The notes under the pieces: model-generated
Database searches by the model: none
What the model saw: the letters and a program-made list of their open reading frames with translations, nothing else
Told to the model about the DNA's origin: nothing
Position numbers and translations under genes: made by a program
NCBI GenBank assembly: GCA_963803145.1
Contig: CAWDLW010000023.1
Span: 32,001-96,000, forward strand
Length of the DNA: 64,000 nt
Reading direction: 5' to 3'
Source: Methanotrichaceae archaeon
GTDB lineage: Archaea > Halobacteriota > Methanosarcinia > Methanotrichales > Methanotrichaceae
Part shown: positions 43,558 to 53,049 of the stretch, one piece after another
Numbering within the stretch: position 1 is the stretch's first letter
Layout of the letters: the number at the start of each line of letters is the position of its first letter

Positions 43558-43720
43558 AATTTACTCGCCATAGTAATATCTACCTAGGAAAATTTAAAGT
43601 TATCTCTTCACACAAATTCTGTTAATAAGCTCTATTCCCGAATCCTATTGCTAAATCAGTAGTCAAATAGTGTAGATTAATTTAGAGGATAATATCGTCT
43701 TTCCTAACGGTTCATCTCCT

Positions 43721-45136
43721 TCAAGTCTCAGTATTGTTCTTAGTTCTTTTTTGCCTTAAATTATAGCGTCGGATGAGATATAAAGCGAGAATGGTAGCAA
43801 CGATGATCAGTCCCTCTGAAAAGAACAGAGCGCCCCGATAGCCGATAACCCTCGATGCAGGACTGCTTCCAATAGATAGCGCAACTGTCGTCACAACTAC
43901 GCTCGCTACACTCACTCCGATTGCTGCCCCGATCTGCTGTGCAGTGGTCAGCAGGCCAGCTGCCAGTCCCTGACGCGCTGACTCTACTCCTGTCGTACCT
44001 GCAATGTTCAGGGATACGATGGCAGAGACTAGGCCTATCCCACCAAAGTAGTAGAAGAGCATTAGCGTCACTAGTGAGCTTTCAATGTTTATGGTGGTCA
44101 AGCCTGCAACACCAATGCCGAACATGAAGAGGCCGATGATCATCATTTTTCGAAAACCTATCCTTTTGATGGCTCGGGGTGCAAGGGTTGCTCCAGTTAG
44201 GCCTCCGAGACCAGCTGGAATGAAGATAAGACCTGTCTCCAGGGGAGAGTAACCCCTCACTTCCTGGAGGAACAGTGTGATGATGAACACAAGTGCGGCA
44301 TTCGCTCCGAAGGCCAGGAACATGATCAGATCGGATATAACTATTGTTCGGCGACCGAAGATGTCAAGAGGTACAAGTGGGATGCCGACCCTCCGCTCTA
44401 CAAAGATAAAGCTCAATGCCAGCACTATCGATAGAAAAAGAAGTATAACCACCTCCACAAAAGATTCACCCGGGACGGAAATTTGAGTGATTGCATAAAC
44501 GATAGTGAGAAGTGAAGTAGTCACAAGCACTGCACCTGTTACGTCAAAGCCTCTCTTTTGCTGGTTTTTCGATTGATCGGGTAAGATTAGAAATCCAGCA
44601 ATGATTGCAATGGCACCAATAGGCACGTTGACGAAGAAGACCCAGTGCCAGGAGAGAGAGCTTGTCAGAATGCCTCCAAGGATAACGCCAGTGGTGAAGC
44701 CTATAGCAGCCATGGAGCTGAAGATGCCGAGTGCCTTGTTCCTCTCGCTCCCCTCTGAGAAGGTTGTTGTGATGAGAGACAGCGCAGATGGAGAGAGCAT
44801 GGATGCGCCGAGCCCCTGAACGGCTCTGGAAATAAAAATCATGACTGCTGATGTAGCCAGACCTCCCAAGAGTGACGCCAAAGAAAAAACAGTCAGACCG
44901 ATCAGGAAGATCATCTTCCTACTGAACAGGTCGGAGGCTCGGCCTCCAAGTAGAAGGAAACCGCCGAAGGTCAATGCGTAGGCGCTGACAACCCACTGCA
45001 GCTTTGTAGGTGTTAGATGGAATTGTGACTGGATCGAGGGCAGTGCGACGTTAACAATGGAGAAGTCAAGGACTATCATGAGCTGAGCTAAAGATAGCAG
45101 AACAAGAATCAGGAGCGATGCGTGGGGACGTTCCAT
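43721..45136 (-). CDS. MFS transporter, DHA2 (EmrB/QacA-like)
   Basis: LDFSIVNVALP, GGRASD, WVFFVNVPIG; ~14 TM segments. Confidence 0.92.
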   Translation of the reverse strand: MERPHASLLILVLLSLAQLMIVLDFSIVNVALPSIQSQFHLTPTKLQWVVSAYALTFGGFLLLGGRASDLFSRKMIFLIGLTVFSLASLLGGLATSAVMIFISRAVQGLGASMLSPSALSLITTTFSEGSERNKALGIFSSMAAIGFTTGVILGGILTSSLSWHWVFFVNVPIGAIAIIAGFLILPDQSKNQQKRGFDVTGAVLVTTSLLTIVYAITQISVPGESFVEVVILLFLSIVLALSFIFVERRVGIPLVPLDIFGRRTIVISDLIMFLAFGANAALVFIITLFLQEVRGYSPLETGLIFIPAGLGGLTGATLAPRAIKRIGFRKMMIIGLFMFGIGVAGLTTINIESSLVTLMLFYYFGGIGLVSAIVSLNIAGTTGVESARQGLAAGLLTTAQQIGAAIGVSVASVVVTTVALSIGSSPASRVIGYRGALFFSEGLIIVATILALYLIRRYNLRQKRTKNNTET

Positions 45137-45591
45137 CTTACAACCATTTATGAATCAATAACATTGGAATTAATCATATAATTAAGGCTGCAAGATATAA
45201 ATATTTTCTATCATCGAACTTTCATGTTTATTTCTAGCTATGCCCTTTCTTCCAACTAATTGCCTAATAAAGGACCTTAACTGGCTTACTTAATGTCAGT
45301 ACTGAGAGCTATATGACAGTGGCCCCATAGCTACTAAATTTATGTTTTATCAGCCCCGCCCCTATCCTTCTGCGCCTTCACCAGCTCTCCGTATGCCTTT
45401 CCCGATTCAGTTAGCACAATTGTCTCTTTCCGCACCTCGATCAGCCCCGCCAGCTCCAGGCGATGCAGGTGGTAGTCCAGCATATTAGGCCCAACAGCGT
45501 TGGCGATCTCTGGAACGGTCAGACAACCTTCGTTCATCAGAAGGAGAAGAGCTTAGAACATGTTCAAGCTACTGATAGCGAAAAAAATGGC

Positions 45592-45939
45592 TCAGATCTT
45601 CATCCTCTTGAACTCTTCGAGCTCCTCAGGAGTAAAGAACTCCCGCCATTCTTTCGGTATCACTAAAAGCACCGAGCGACCGCCTCGCACGGCTCTTTCT
45701 GTCTTTACAAGGCCCTTATTCACAAGCCTCATCACGGCGCCATGGACTTTCCCAGGGGTCCAGTCCATAATTTTCGATAGCTCATAAACACTTAGGCCCG
45801 GAGTATCGTCCACTTTTTCGTATAATTCCCAGTCAGATTCTCCGCTTAGTTCGCGCCGCCTATGGGTTGCTCTGGTCGTGACGGATGCCATACCAATAAT
45901 TGGAGGTCGATCCTTTATAAACGTTTTGGTATATTCCAT
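45592..45939 (-). CDS. Winged-helix (MarR-like) protein
   Basis: PGLSVYELSK.MDWTPGKVHGAVMRLVNKGLV; true start may be downstream. Confidence 0.7.
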   Translation of the reverse strand: MEYTKTFIKDRPPIIGMASVTTRATHRRRELSGESDWELYEKVDDTPGLSVYELSKIMDWTPGKVHGAVMRLVNKGLVKTERAVRGGRSVLLVIPKEWREFFTPEELEEFKRMKI

Positions 45940-46005
45940 ACGTAAAGGAATATTCCAAGACGATTAAGCGTAAGGTTTATATCGTTTTGGAATATTCTAT
46001 AGTAT

Positions 46006-46260
46006 ATGCTGAGGAGATTTGAGATAGCAGTTCTACAAAGCGTTTGCAAGGCCACGAGGATGAGCAAGGCGTCGCATGTGCCTGAGCAGGCGTTTTTGAA
46101 GAGGTTTCCAGGCGCGGAGCGCGAGGCACGAAAGACTTTGAAGAAACTCATAAGCCTCGGATATGTGAAAATGCATCCAACGCGCGGCGGGATGACTTAT
46201 GATCTAACGGATGTTGGGTGGAGTTTATGCCAGAAATTGAGAGAGCAGGTCCCAAAGTGA
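46006..46260 (+). CDS. Small winged-helix protein
   Basis: LKKLISLGYV....G..YDLT..G. Confidence 0.65.
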   Translation: MLRRFEIAVLQSVCKATRMSKASHVPEQAFLKRFPGAEREARKTLKKLISLGYVKMHPTRGGMTYDLTDVGWSLCQKLREQVPK

Positions 46261-46494
46261 TCTTTTTGCGTTGGGCGCTGAGGGAGAGGGCGCACTGAAA
46301 ACTTTTGCGTTGGCCTTCTAAAGTCTATAGCGCCGGCGCCAGGCCTGACAGCACTCCCGGAGGGGTCGATACATTTCGGTTAATTCTTTGGATCTTTGAA
46401 AATTGAAATATAATTTCAGTTGAATTCATGCAATGAGAAAATTTGCAGCGATGCGCAGCGCTGCAAGCTGAGGACGTAGCCGGACGTACTTCGG

Positions 46495-47103
46495 CTATGT
46501 TCCTGTACTGTTGGCTACTTTCTCGACGTGGATGGTCTTGAGGAGTTGCTGAGTGCCGAAGTTCCAGGGATATAGGGATTCGATCAACACATGTACTCGC
46601 GTGGGATCGGAGATCGGAACATATTTAGCGAAGTAGATATTACTTTCCGGTGGCGATGAAGAGATAGAAGTAAATGCTCCTGTTGTATTATCTATTGATA
46701 GCAGTGTCGCATTGTTGAAAGCCGAATCTTTGAATGGCGTCCCAAACAACAAGGCGTATCTTATATCTGGAATCAAATATCTCTGAAGCAATTCATTGGA
46801 TACAATCGGTTGATCTCTATCATATTCTTCCAGTGCAATCGTTGCATCTGACGTCTTATTTGATATAGAGATGTAAAAGGTTGTGCGATTGCCACCGCCC
46901 AAGCCTGTTACTGCTTCACGGGTTACTCCTATCACGTTTCGAGAATAAGAGTTCTTAGGGACGCCCAAATCAAACGACACCTTATATGGTACGCCTAATG
47001 ACATATTATTAAACTGCCCGCCGACGATTATGCTGTCTTTTTCTGCTGATGCTATCGAGGCAAGGCACAATAGCGATACTAAGATTAAGGCTAATATCTT
47101 CAT
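46495..47103 (-). CDS. Secreted hypothetical protein
   Basis: Signal peptide MKILALILVSLLCLASIASA. Confidence 0.75.
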   Translation of the reverse strand: MKILALILVSLLCLASIASAEKDSIIVGGQFNNMSLGVPYKVSFDLGVPKNSYSRNVIGVTREAVTGLGGGNRTTFYISISNKTSDATIALEEYDRDQPIVSNELLQRYLIPDIRYALLFGTPFKDSAFNNATLLSIDNTTGAFTSISSSPPESNIYFAKYVPISDPTRVHVLIESLYPWNFGTQQLLKTIHVEKVANSTGT

Positions 47104-47198
47104 GATCGATGCTTAAGCACAACATCGGGCTAAAAAACTTTTGGTTTGCTTGAAGGGGGAATACTTTAATATAGTACTTCAAGTACTGACCTGAGATT

Positions 47199-47429
47199 AT
47201 GAGGAGAAGTAGGGATGAGATCATGGCCAATATTCTAGAGGTCTGTCTTGTCGGCGCCAGTAAAACAAAGGTAGTTTATGGGAGCAATCTTAACTTTAGA
47301 AACGTGGTCCCTTACCTCGATTCCCTGAAGAAGAATGGGTCTATTGTCTCAGTGAATGGAAAATATAAGACCTCAGAAAAAGGAAAGCAGCTTTTGGCCC
47401 TGCTCAGGGAAATGCGAAAATTCTTCTAG
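47199..47429 (+). CDS. Archaeal winged-helix regulator
   Basis: RRSR.EI...IL, KTKVVYGSNLNF, Y.T.EKG. Confidence 0.85.
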   Translation: MRRSRDEIMANILEVCLVGASKTKVVYGSNLNFRNVVPYLDSLKKNGSIVSVNGKYKTSEKGKQLLALLREMRKFF

Positions 47430-47566
47430 GGCTAGATTTGATGCTTTTATCCTCCGGGCAGCGCTGCAAGCTGAGGACGTAGCCGAAATACATTCAGCTA
47501 CGTTTCTGTACTATTGGCCGTTTTCTCAAAGCGTGTGGTTTTGAGGAGCCGCATATAAGCCAAAGC

Positions 47567-48325
47567 TTAGATTATGCCTCCTTCGATCTCCATCCACTTG
47601 GGCCAGGGTGGATTGGGCGGCAAGAACTTAGGGGTTTCTCCTGGATTGATTGCATACCATGTAAATGTGGTATTGCTAAATGCAGCTCTGGCATCGTTAG
47701 TCACAAGGCTGCGATGCAATGCGGTGAGAGCATACAATTTGTCATAGTTGAATAATGAATTATAGGGAGCCACCTTAAGAGAGTGATTGTAATCTTCAAG
47801 CGCTTCTTCCCATCGGCCTGCCTTGGCGAGCTCCAGCCCTTTATCATTTATGATATGGGCTTTTACATCCTCCACTAAAGGCTTTGTTGAGTTGCGCTCA
47901 TCCAGCGAGCTTAATTCTAGCGATCTATTGAGGCAATCAAGCGATTGATTATAAAGGCTATCAGCATTAGAGATATTTTCTCCCTTGGTTATCTGTAGGT
48001 CCTCAGCATACATTTTAAGAGTCCAGGCTTTCAGATACCAAAAACTAGAGTCACGTGGATTGATTTTTATGGCCTCATCAACAGCATCAAGAGCTTGAGT
48101 ATATCGGCAAGAATTGGCGAAATAATAAATTATATTATCCAATCTATCAGTGTTATTTGTGTTAAGCTTCTTGGCATTATCGAAGGCCTGGACGGCCTGA
48201 TCGATCTTGTTTTGGTTCTCTAGATCAAAGCCTTTTTTATACCAATCTATTGCAATCTCTCTTTCAGCCAACGCCATCGTGGTAAAACAAAGAAGCGATG
48301 CCAATATTAGCGCCGATATCTTCAT
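47567..48325 (-). CDS. Secreted TPR protein
   Basis: Signal peptide MKISALILASLLC..ALA; TPR helices. Confidence 0.75.
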   Translation of the reverse strand: MKISALILASLLCFTTMALAEREIAIDWYKKGFDLENQNKIDQAVQAFDNAKKLNTNNTDRLDNIIYYFANSCRYTQALDAVDEAIKINPRDSSFWYLKAWTLKMYAEDLQITKGENISNADSLYNQSLDCLNRSLELSSLDERNSTKPLVEDVKAHIINDKGLELAKAGRWEEALEDYNHSLKVAPYNSLFNYDKLYALTALHRSLVTNDARAAFSNTTFTWYAINPGETPKFLPPNPPWPKWMEIEGGII

Positions 48326-48443
48326 GATCGATCCTCGTACAAATGACAGGCTAAAAAGTTTTTGGTTGATCCTGGGGAAAATAAAATATAGTTAAGGCCA
48401 CTCATAGAATACATCTTCAGTCGTGAGCTGGAGGTGCGCGAAG

Positions 48444-48638
48444 TTAAGCCGAAATAGCAACGGCTTCAGGAGCCTTTAGAGGGTTTTCAGTCGTTGCTTT
48501 TTCTGGCGTTTCTATAACCGCAATTGTGATATCAACTAATGCTTTTTTTCCAAGTACCCCAAGCTTCTTCCTTGTAGCAACTGGCACTTGAATTCTACCT
48601 CTTTCATCAATCTCTACTTGAGTAGTTGCTTCGCGCAT
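48444..48638 (-). CDS. AbrB-family regulator, divergent from the viral early operon
   Basis: IDERGRIQVPVATRKKLG. Confidence 0.8.
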   Translation of the reverse strand: MREATTQVEIDERGRIQVPVATRKKLGVLGKKALVDITIAVIETPEKATTENPLKAPEAVAISA

Positions 48639-48744
48639 ATACTCATAATATGCTCTTTTTGTTTATATACTTTACCTTTTTTTACCCAAAATTTGGGTAA
48701 AGCTTAAATAGAACGTTGAATATATTGGGGATAGGTGAATCGCG

Positions 48745-49260
48745 GTGATTGCAACTCAAGCTTCTCAAGTCGTCCAGCGCATCTCCTACGATGTGCTGAT
48801 GCATGATGGTTCGAGCCACTCCTTCGCAATCGAGCAGATCCCCGAAGGGTTCAGGCTAAACCCTGTATTCACAATCAATATGTGGCGGCTCTATGGCCAC
48901 ATGAGCCACAAGACCTATCTTACCATCGAAGCTCTCCTGGATGATGCCTGCCCTGGGTGGAGCTCATACAATCTCTATATTCCACAAAAGCCAAGGAGTG
49001 CTCGCGAAGAGACAGCGCTAATCAAGAAATCTCTTGAGAGCAATGGGATTCAAGCTCGCGTGATGCACTATAGGGGCGCCCTCGTGATCGAGCTGGGAAG
49101 GCCAATCCAATCTGGCGACTGGGATCATGTCAGATCGATTGCTGAGGGGGCACTCGGGGAAGCAGGACGATTCGCATATGGCGGCTTACACGTCTTCGAA
49201 AAGTTCGAAGGCAAAAAGAAAGCGGGGTGGGGAAGGGGAAACAGGAGGATGTTTTTTTGA
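48745..49260 (+). CDS. Viral hypothetical protein
   Basis: GGTGA RBS plus GTG start, downstream of a TTAAATA box. Confidence 0.6.
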   Translation: MIATQASQVVQRISYDVLMHDGSSHSFAIEQIPEGFRLNPVFTINMWRLYGHMSHKTYLTIEALLDDACPGWSSYNLYIPQKPRSAREETALIKKSLESNGIQARVMHYRGALVIELGRPIQSGDWDHVRSIAEGALGEAGRFAYGGLHVFEKFEGKKKAGWGRGNRRMFF

Positions 49261-49909
49261 AGCGAAGGACTGCAAGAAATCGTGCACAGATTGAGGCTTG
49301 GATAAGACAGATTCATGATTTGGCCGATAAAGCTTCGCGTGAAATGGAAAATGTGCTTGGCGCAGATTCACCAGCATCGGCCACTATTGGCAATATTATG
49401 TGTAATGCTGATGATGGACTGGCCGAGCTCAGAGATGAATGGAAATGATACTTTCGCTTTGCTCTCGGCAAAAATTCAAAGAATAGGAAGCCAACTTTCG
49501 CGAAGAATGAGATACATATCCCTGAGGGAGGCCAGAGAGAGGCGAGCCAAAGGTATAATCGACCCTGCAGAGGATAGATGCATGGAATGCCATAGCGTTC
49601 TAACTCCGATATTCAGGGGCGGTGCATTGATATTCAGGTGCAAAAAATGCGAAAACAAGAGGCGAAGAAAAAATTGAGATTACATTCGCGGCACGATACC
49701 AGAAATAATATAAGTAAGAACTTAGAATCAGAGCTTAAAGAAACTGAGCGCTGAAAGAGCGCCCAAGCTAAGAGTATGGGCCGGACAAAACCCTTCGGTC
49801 GCCAAACTTTCGGGTTTTGTCACAGCAAATACTAGTATAGGACTAGCCCTGATATATAACAGTAGCCCCCTAAACACTAGTATGCTGTTTGGCCAACTCT
49901 TGAAAGGGG

Positions 49910-50152
49910 TTGGCAAAGATGAGTAAAAACCTTGACCATGAGATACTGAAGTTGGTCGCGAAAGAACCTGGAATTTCAAAATCCAGTGTCATAAAACGAC
50001 TAAAAAATATTGCAAGCAGAGACACTATAATTAAGCATATATATAAATTGTGTGCTGAAAATTATATAAAGCTGAACCTGGACACTGTTCTCGAACCGCT
50101 TAAGAAGTGCAAGGAAGCGGTCAAGGGCTTTGGAGAGGATGAAAATGAATAG
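49910..50152 (+). CDS. Winged-helix protein
   Basis: EILKLV..EPGISKS ... SR.TI.KHI..L...NYI. Confidence 0.7.
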   Translation: MAKMSKNLDHEILKLVAKEPGISKSSVIKRLKNIASRDTIIKHIYKLCAENYIKLNLDTVLEPLKKCKEAVKGFGEDENE

Positions 50153-50196
50153 TCCTCTCTCCGTAAGTCTTCAGCCTTCTAATTATCAACATGTGG

Positions 50197-50497
50197 GCCA
50201 CTGTGAATTAAAACTCATCCCTCCTTGTGATGGTGTCGCAGTGGCGCCAACCCCAATCACCGTGGGTCGGGTCTGTTCTTGGCTTCATCTGCATCTGATC
50301 ACCTCCCCGACCCTCTCCATTATCAATGTGCTCCGCCGCATCTCGTTTATTACCCCCTCATGCTACTCCTTGAATGTGGCGGGGCAATCCCTATCAGTGC
50401 CCCAGCTAATCGCAAAGCTAATCCTAATGACAGGCTGGGGCTCCCTCCATGATGATAAGCCCGCCAGTTCCTTAACCTCCTTTTCATCGGGCGGGCT
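50197..50497 (+). ncRNA. Putative array of five tandem stem-loop small RNAs with anti-RBS loops
   Basis: Five 8-12 bp GC stems starting at 50197, 50264, 50330, 50399 and 50458; G-U pairs favour the + strand; see findings. Confidence 0.6.
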
Positions 50498-50561
50498 CCT
50501 AACTATTGCGAGGCTCATCATTCTGGCAGCCTGCATATTCTATGTCCTGAAGGCGATCTGA

Positions 50562-51101
50562 ATGTTCGACATCAGAAAAGCCCATGTGCTTATGGATCAT
50601 TTCTTCGATGATGAGTACAAAGTAACATCTTCACCAATCATAAGAGAGCTTCATAGGACATTATCGGGATCTCTCGAACAGATCTCAGAACTCGAAGACC
50701 AGAATAAGATCCTCTGGGAAAATATCCAGGAAGGATCCATACTACTGAATCTCGGGGCCAGTATAATACAGAATCTCACACAATTGAGGATCAGGGACAT
50801 CAAGAAAATAAAAGCTCTGAGAGAGGAGATTTCCGATTCAGAAAAAAGAAATGCGGACCTGCAAAAATGCATAGAAAAGGATGCAGAGGGCGTATTCTCT
50901 GGAAAAGTCCAGCAGCTTGAAAATGCTCTGATAAAAGAGCGGGCCAATAGAATAATATCCCGCCAGAAGGTTTTCCAGAATTGTAAACACTATTGTCCAG
51001 TCTGCAATAATATCAGAATATGTGTATTGAAAGACTGCCCTGCTAAAGACTTCTTCATAGATGAGGCAAGAAAGGAGCTCGACGCAGAGGGGGCGGTCTG
51101 A
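50562..51101 (+). CDS. Viral coiled-coil protein with Cys cluster
   Basis: Heptad pattern, CKHYCPVC..C..C; TGA-ATG coupling on both sides. Confidence 0.65.
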   Translation: MFDIRKAHVLMDHFFDDEYKVTSSPIIRELHRTLSGSLEQISELEDQNKILWENIQEGSILLNLGASIIQNLTQLRIRDIKKIKALREEISDSEKRNADLQKCIEKDAEGVFSGKVQQLENALIKERANRIISRQKVFQNCKHYCPVCNNIRICVLKDCPAKDFFIDEARKELDAEGAV

Positions 51102-52085
51102 ATGGCCGAACAGAATCGTAAGTACGAGCTTCTCGTCGATGAATCGATCGAGGTCCTCGGGACAAAGCTCTTCCGAATCCGAGCTTTGTGCTCTTTTGGA
51201 GTCGTGGAGGTAGGACAGAAAGGCGGCTTCATTCAGTCTGAAAAGAATCTTTCTCCTGAAAGGAATGCCTGGGTCTTTGGGAATGCCTGGGTCTTTGGGA
51301 ATGCCTGGGTCTTTGGGGATGCCGAGGTCTCTGGGGATGCCAGGGTCTCTGGGGATGCCAGGGTCTCTGGGGATGCCAGGGTCTTTGGGAATGCCTGGGT
51401 CTTTGGGAATGCCAGGGTCTCTGGGGATGCCAGGGTCTTTGGGAATGCCTGGGTCTTTGGGGATGCCGAGGTCTCTGGGGATGCCGAGGTCTCTGGGGAT
51501 GCCAGGGTCTTTGGGGATGCCAGGGTCTTTGGGGATGCCGAGGTCTTTGGGAATGCCAGGGTCTTTGGGGATGCCGAGGTCTCTGGGGATGCCGAGGTCT
51601 CTGGGGATGCCAGGGTCTTTGGGAATGCCAGGGTCTTTGGGGATGCCGAGGTCTCTGGGGATGCCAGGGTCTTTGGGAATGCCAGGGTCTTTGGGGATGC
51701 CAGGGTCTTTGGGAATGCCAGGGTCTTTGGGGATGCCGAGGTCTTTGGGAATGCCAGGGTCTTTGGGAATGCCGAGGTCTCTGGGGATGCCGAGGTCTCT
51801 GGGGATGCCAGGGTCTTTGGGAATGCCAGGGTCTTTGGGGATGCCGAGGTCTCTGGGGATGCCAGGGTCCGACGACCGGCGGATCTGCTGGTCGTCGGTC
51901 CGATCGGCAGCAGAGATAGCTTCCTGACGATTATCGTCCCGACTGAAAAAGCTGTGACTGGATGCTTCAGTGGGACGATTGACGAGCTTGAAGCGGCTGC
52001 AAAAGAAAAGAAGCGGCAAGATTACCTTGACCTGTTGCTAGGGATCCGAGCGATCATAGCAAGACGAAAGGCGGAGGAGCAATAA
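51102..52085 (+). CDS. Phage-type left-handed beta-helix hexapeptide-repeat protein
   Basis: LFRIRAL..FG.V..G..GGFI.SEKNLS head, (N/D)A(W/R/E)V(F/S)G repeats, GCFSGT..E tail. Confidence 0.85.
   Translation: MAEQNRKYELLVDESIEVLGTKLFRIRALCSFGVVEVGQKGGFIQSEKNLSPERNAWVFGNAWVFGNAWVFGDAEVSGDARVSGDARVSGDARVFGNAWVFGNARVSGDARVFGNAWVFGDAEVSGDAEVSGDARVFGDARVFGDAEVFGNARVFGDAEVSGDAEVSGDARVFGNARVFGDAEVSGDARVFGNARVFGDARVFGNARVFGDAEVFGNARVFGNAEVSGDAEVSGDARVFGNARVFGDAEVSGDARVRRPADLLVVGPIGSRDSFLTIIVPTEKAVTGCFSGTIDELEAAAKEKKRQDYLDLLLGIRAIIARRKAEEQ
51264..51869 (+). repeat. 18-bp coding tandem repeat, ~34 units
   Basis: (A/G)ATGCC(TGG/AGG/GAG)GTCT(T/C)TGGG. Confidence 0.97.
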
Positions 52086-52568
52086 TGGATGCCTCCTGCA
52101 CGGCGCCCCAGCCGCCCAAGCTCGAGCATATGCACCATTGTTCACGACGCTTCGGTATCCTGCACGGTGTTCAGAAGGCAGAGGACTGCCAGATCGCTTG
52201 TATAGGCAAGAGGGAAGTAGTCCTCCCTGCAGATCTGCAGCTTAAGCCCTGGCTGAGCAAGTACATTGGCATCGTGAAAATCGACGATCAGCATTATGTC
52301 CAAGATTTTTCGGAGATGGCCTGAATGTATCCTGGCCTTATTAACAGTATTCGGGCCGCAGCCAAAGATGTCGAGGTCCTGGAGTTCATTAGAAGGAATC
52401 CAGGGAAATCGGCTTCTGAAATAGCGGCCAGGGCCTCATTGAGCGGGTATATGTTAACAGGACTCGAGGGGGTAAGCCTCAGCTGGTCCCAACAAACCAT
52501 TTCCAACTCTATGCTAAATATCGGAGAAAAGGCCTGGACCTCGAAAGGCTCGTAAGGAGAATTCTTCG

Positions 52569-52895
52569 ATGAATCCAGAGGACTTCAGGCGTATCGAACA
52601 GGATCGCCTGATCCGATGCGAGTTCGTCCTTCAACCCAAAGGAGAAGAGTATTCCAGGGGCGGGGATAGATTGCACAACTTCAAGGATGCTGCAGAGCTT
52701 CTGAACTGTACTCCAGAGCAGGCTTGCTTAGGAATGGGAGTAAAGCATTTTGTCAGCATTCGGGATATGATCAAAGATCTCGAAAAGGGCATTCTGCCTG
52801 AGCAAAAACAGATAGACGAAAAATTCACTGATTTTCATAATTATTTGTTATTGGCTGAAGCATTGATCATCGAGCGGAGGGGAGCCATTCGATGA
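52569..52895 (+). CDS. Nucleotide-modification-associated domain 1 (DUF1599-like) protein
   Basis: KG.EYS...DRLHNF ... KH..SI ... D..NYL.L. Confidence 0.6.
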   Translation: MNPEDFRRIEQDRLIRCEFVLQPKGEEYSRGGDRLHNFKDAAELLNCTPEQACLGMGVKHFVSIRDMIKDLEKGILPEQKQIDEKFTDFHNYLLLAEALIIERRGAIR

Positions 52896-53049
52896 CTCTG
52901 ATAGAAGAAGTGCTCCGCCCTGGCGATCATCGATGCCTGAAAAATATAATGGGTCTGGTGCAGGCTGCAACAGGCCCAGAAACCGATAGTGATGAACTCG
53001 ACTGTCTGCGGAGGCTATTGAAAGCTGCAGAGCAGATGGAGGCCTCGCA

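Noticed and set aside
34428-45136. Hef to MFS block as part of an island
   Set aside because: These are ordinary host genes with no mobility signature; the many short antisense ORFs here are shadows.
50197-50497. CRISPR mini-array or TIGR array
   Set aside because: No identical direct repeats, the period is not ~36 nt, and no Cas or Nop-domain protein is recognisable in the window.
50130-50561. 143-aa ORF spanning the hairpin array
   Set aside because: Ser/Pro/Leu-rich with no motif; the regular stems and anti-RBS loops explain the sequence better. A short hydrophobic peptide at its 3' end is not excluded.
51264-51869. CRISPR or DGR template/variable repeat
   Set aside because: Units are contiguous without spacers, variation is not adenine-specific, and no reverse transcriptase is present.
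50838-52019. ORFs 50838-52019 (-) and 51265-51927 (+)
   Set aside because: These are shadow frames of the stop-free 18-bp repeat; only 51102-52085 has a recognisable head and tail.
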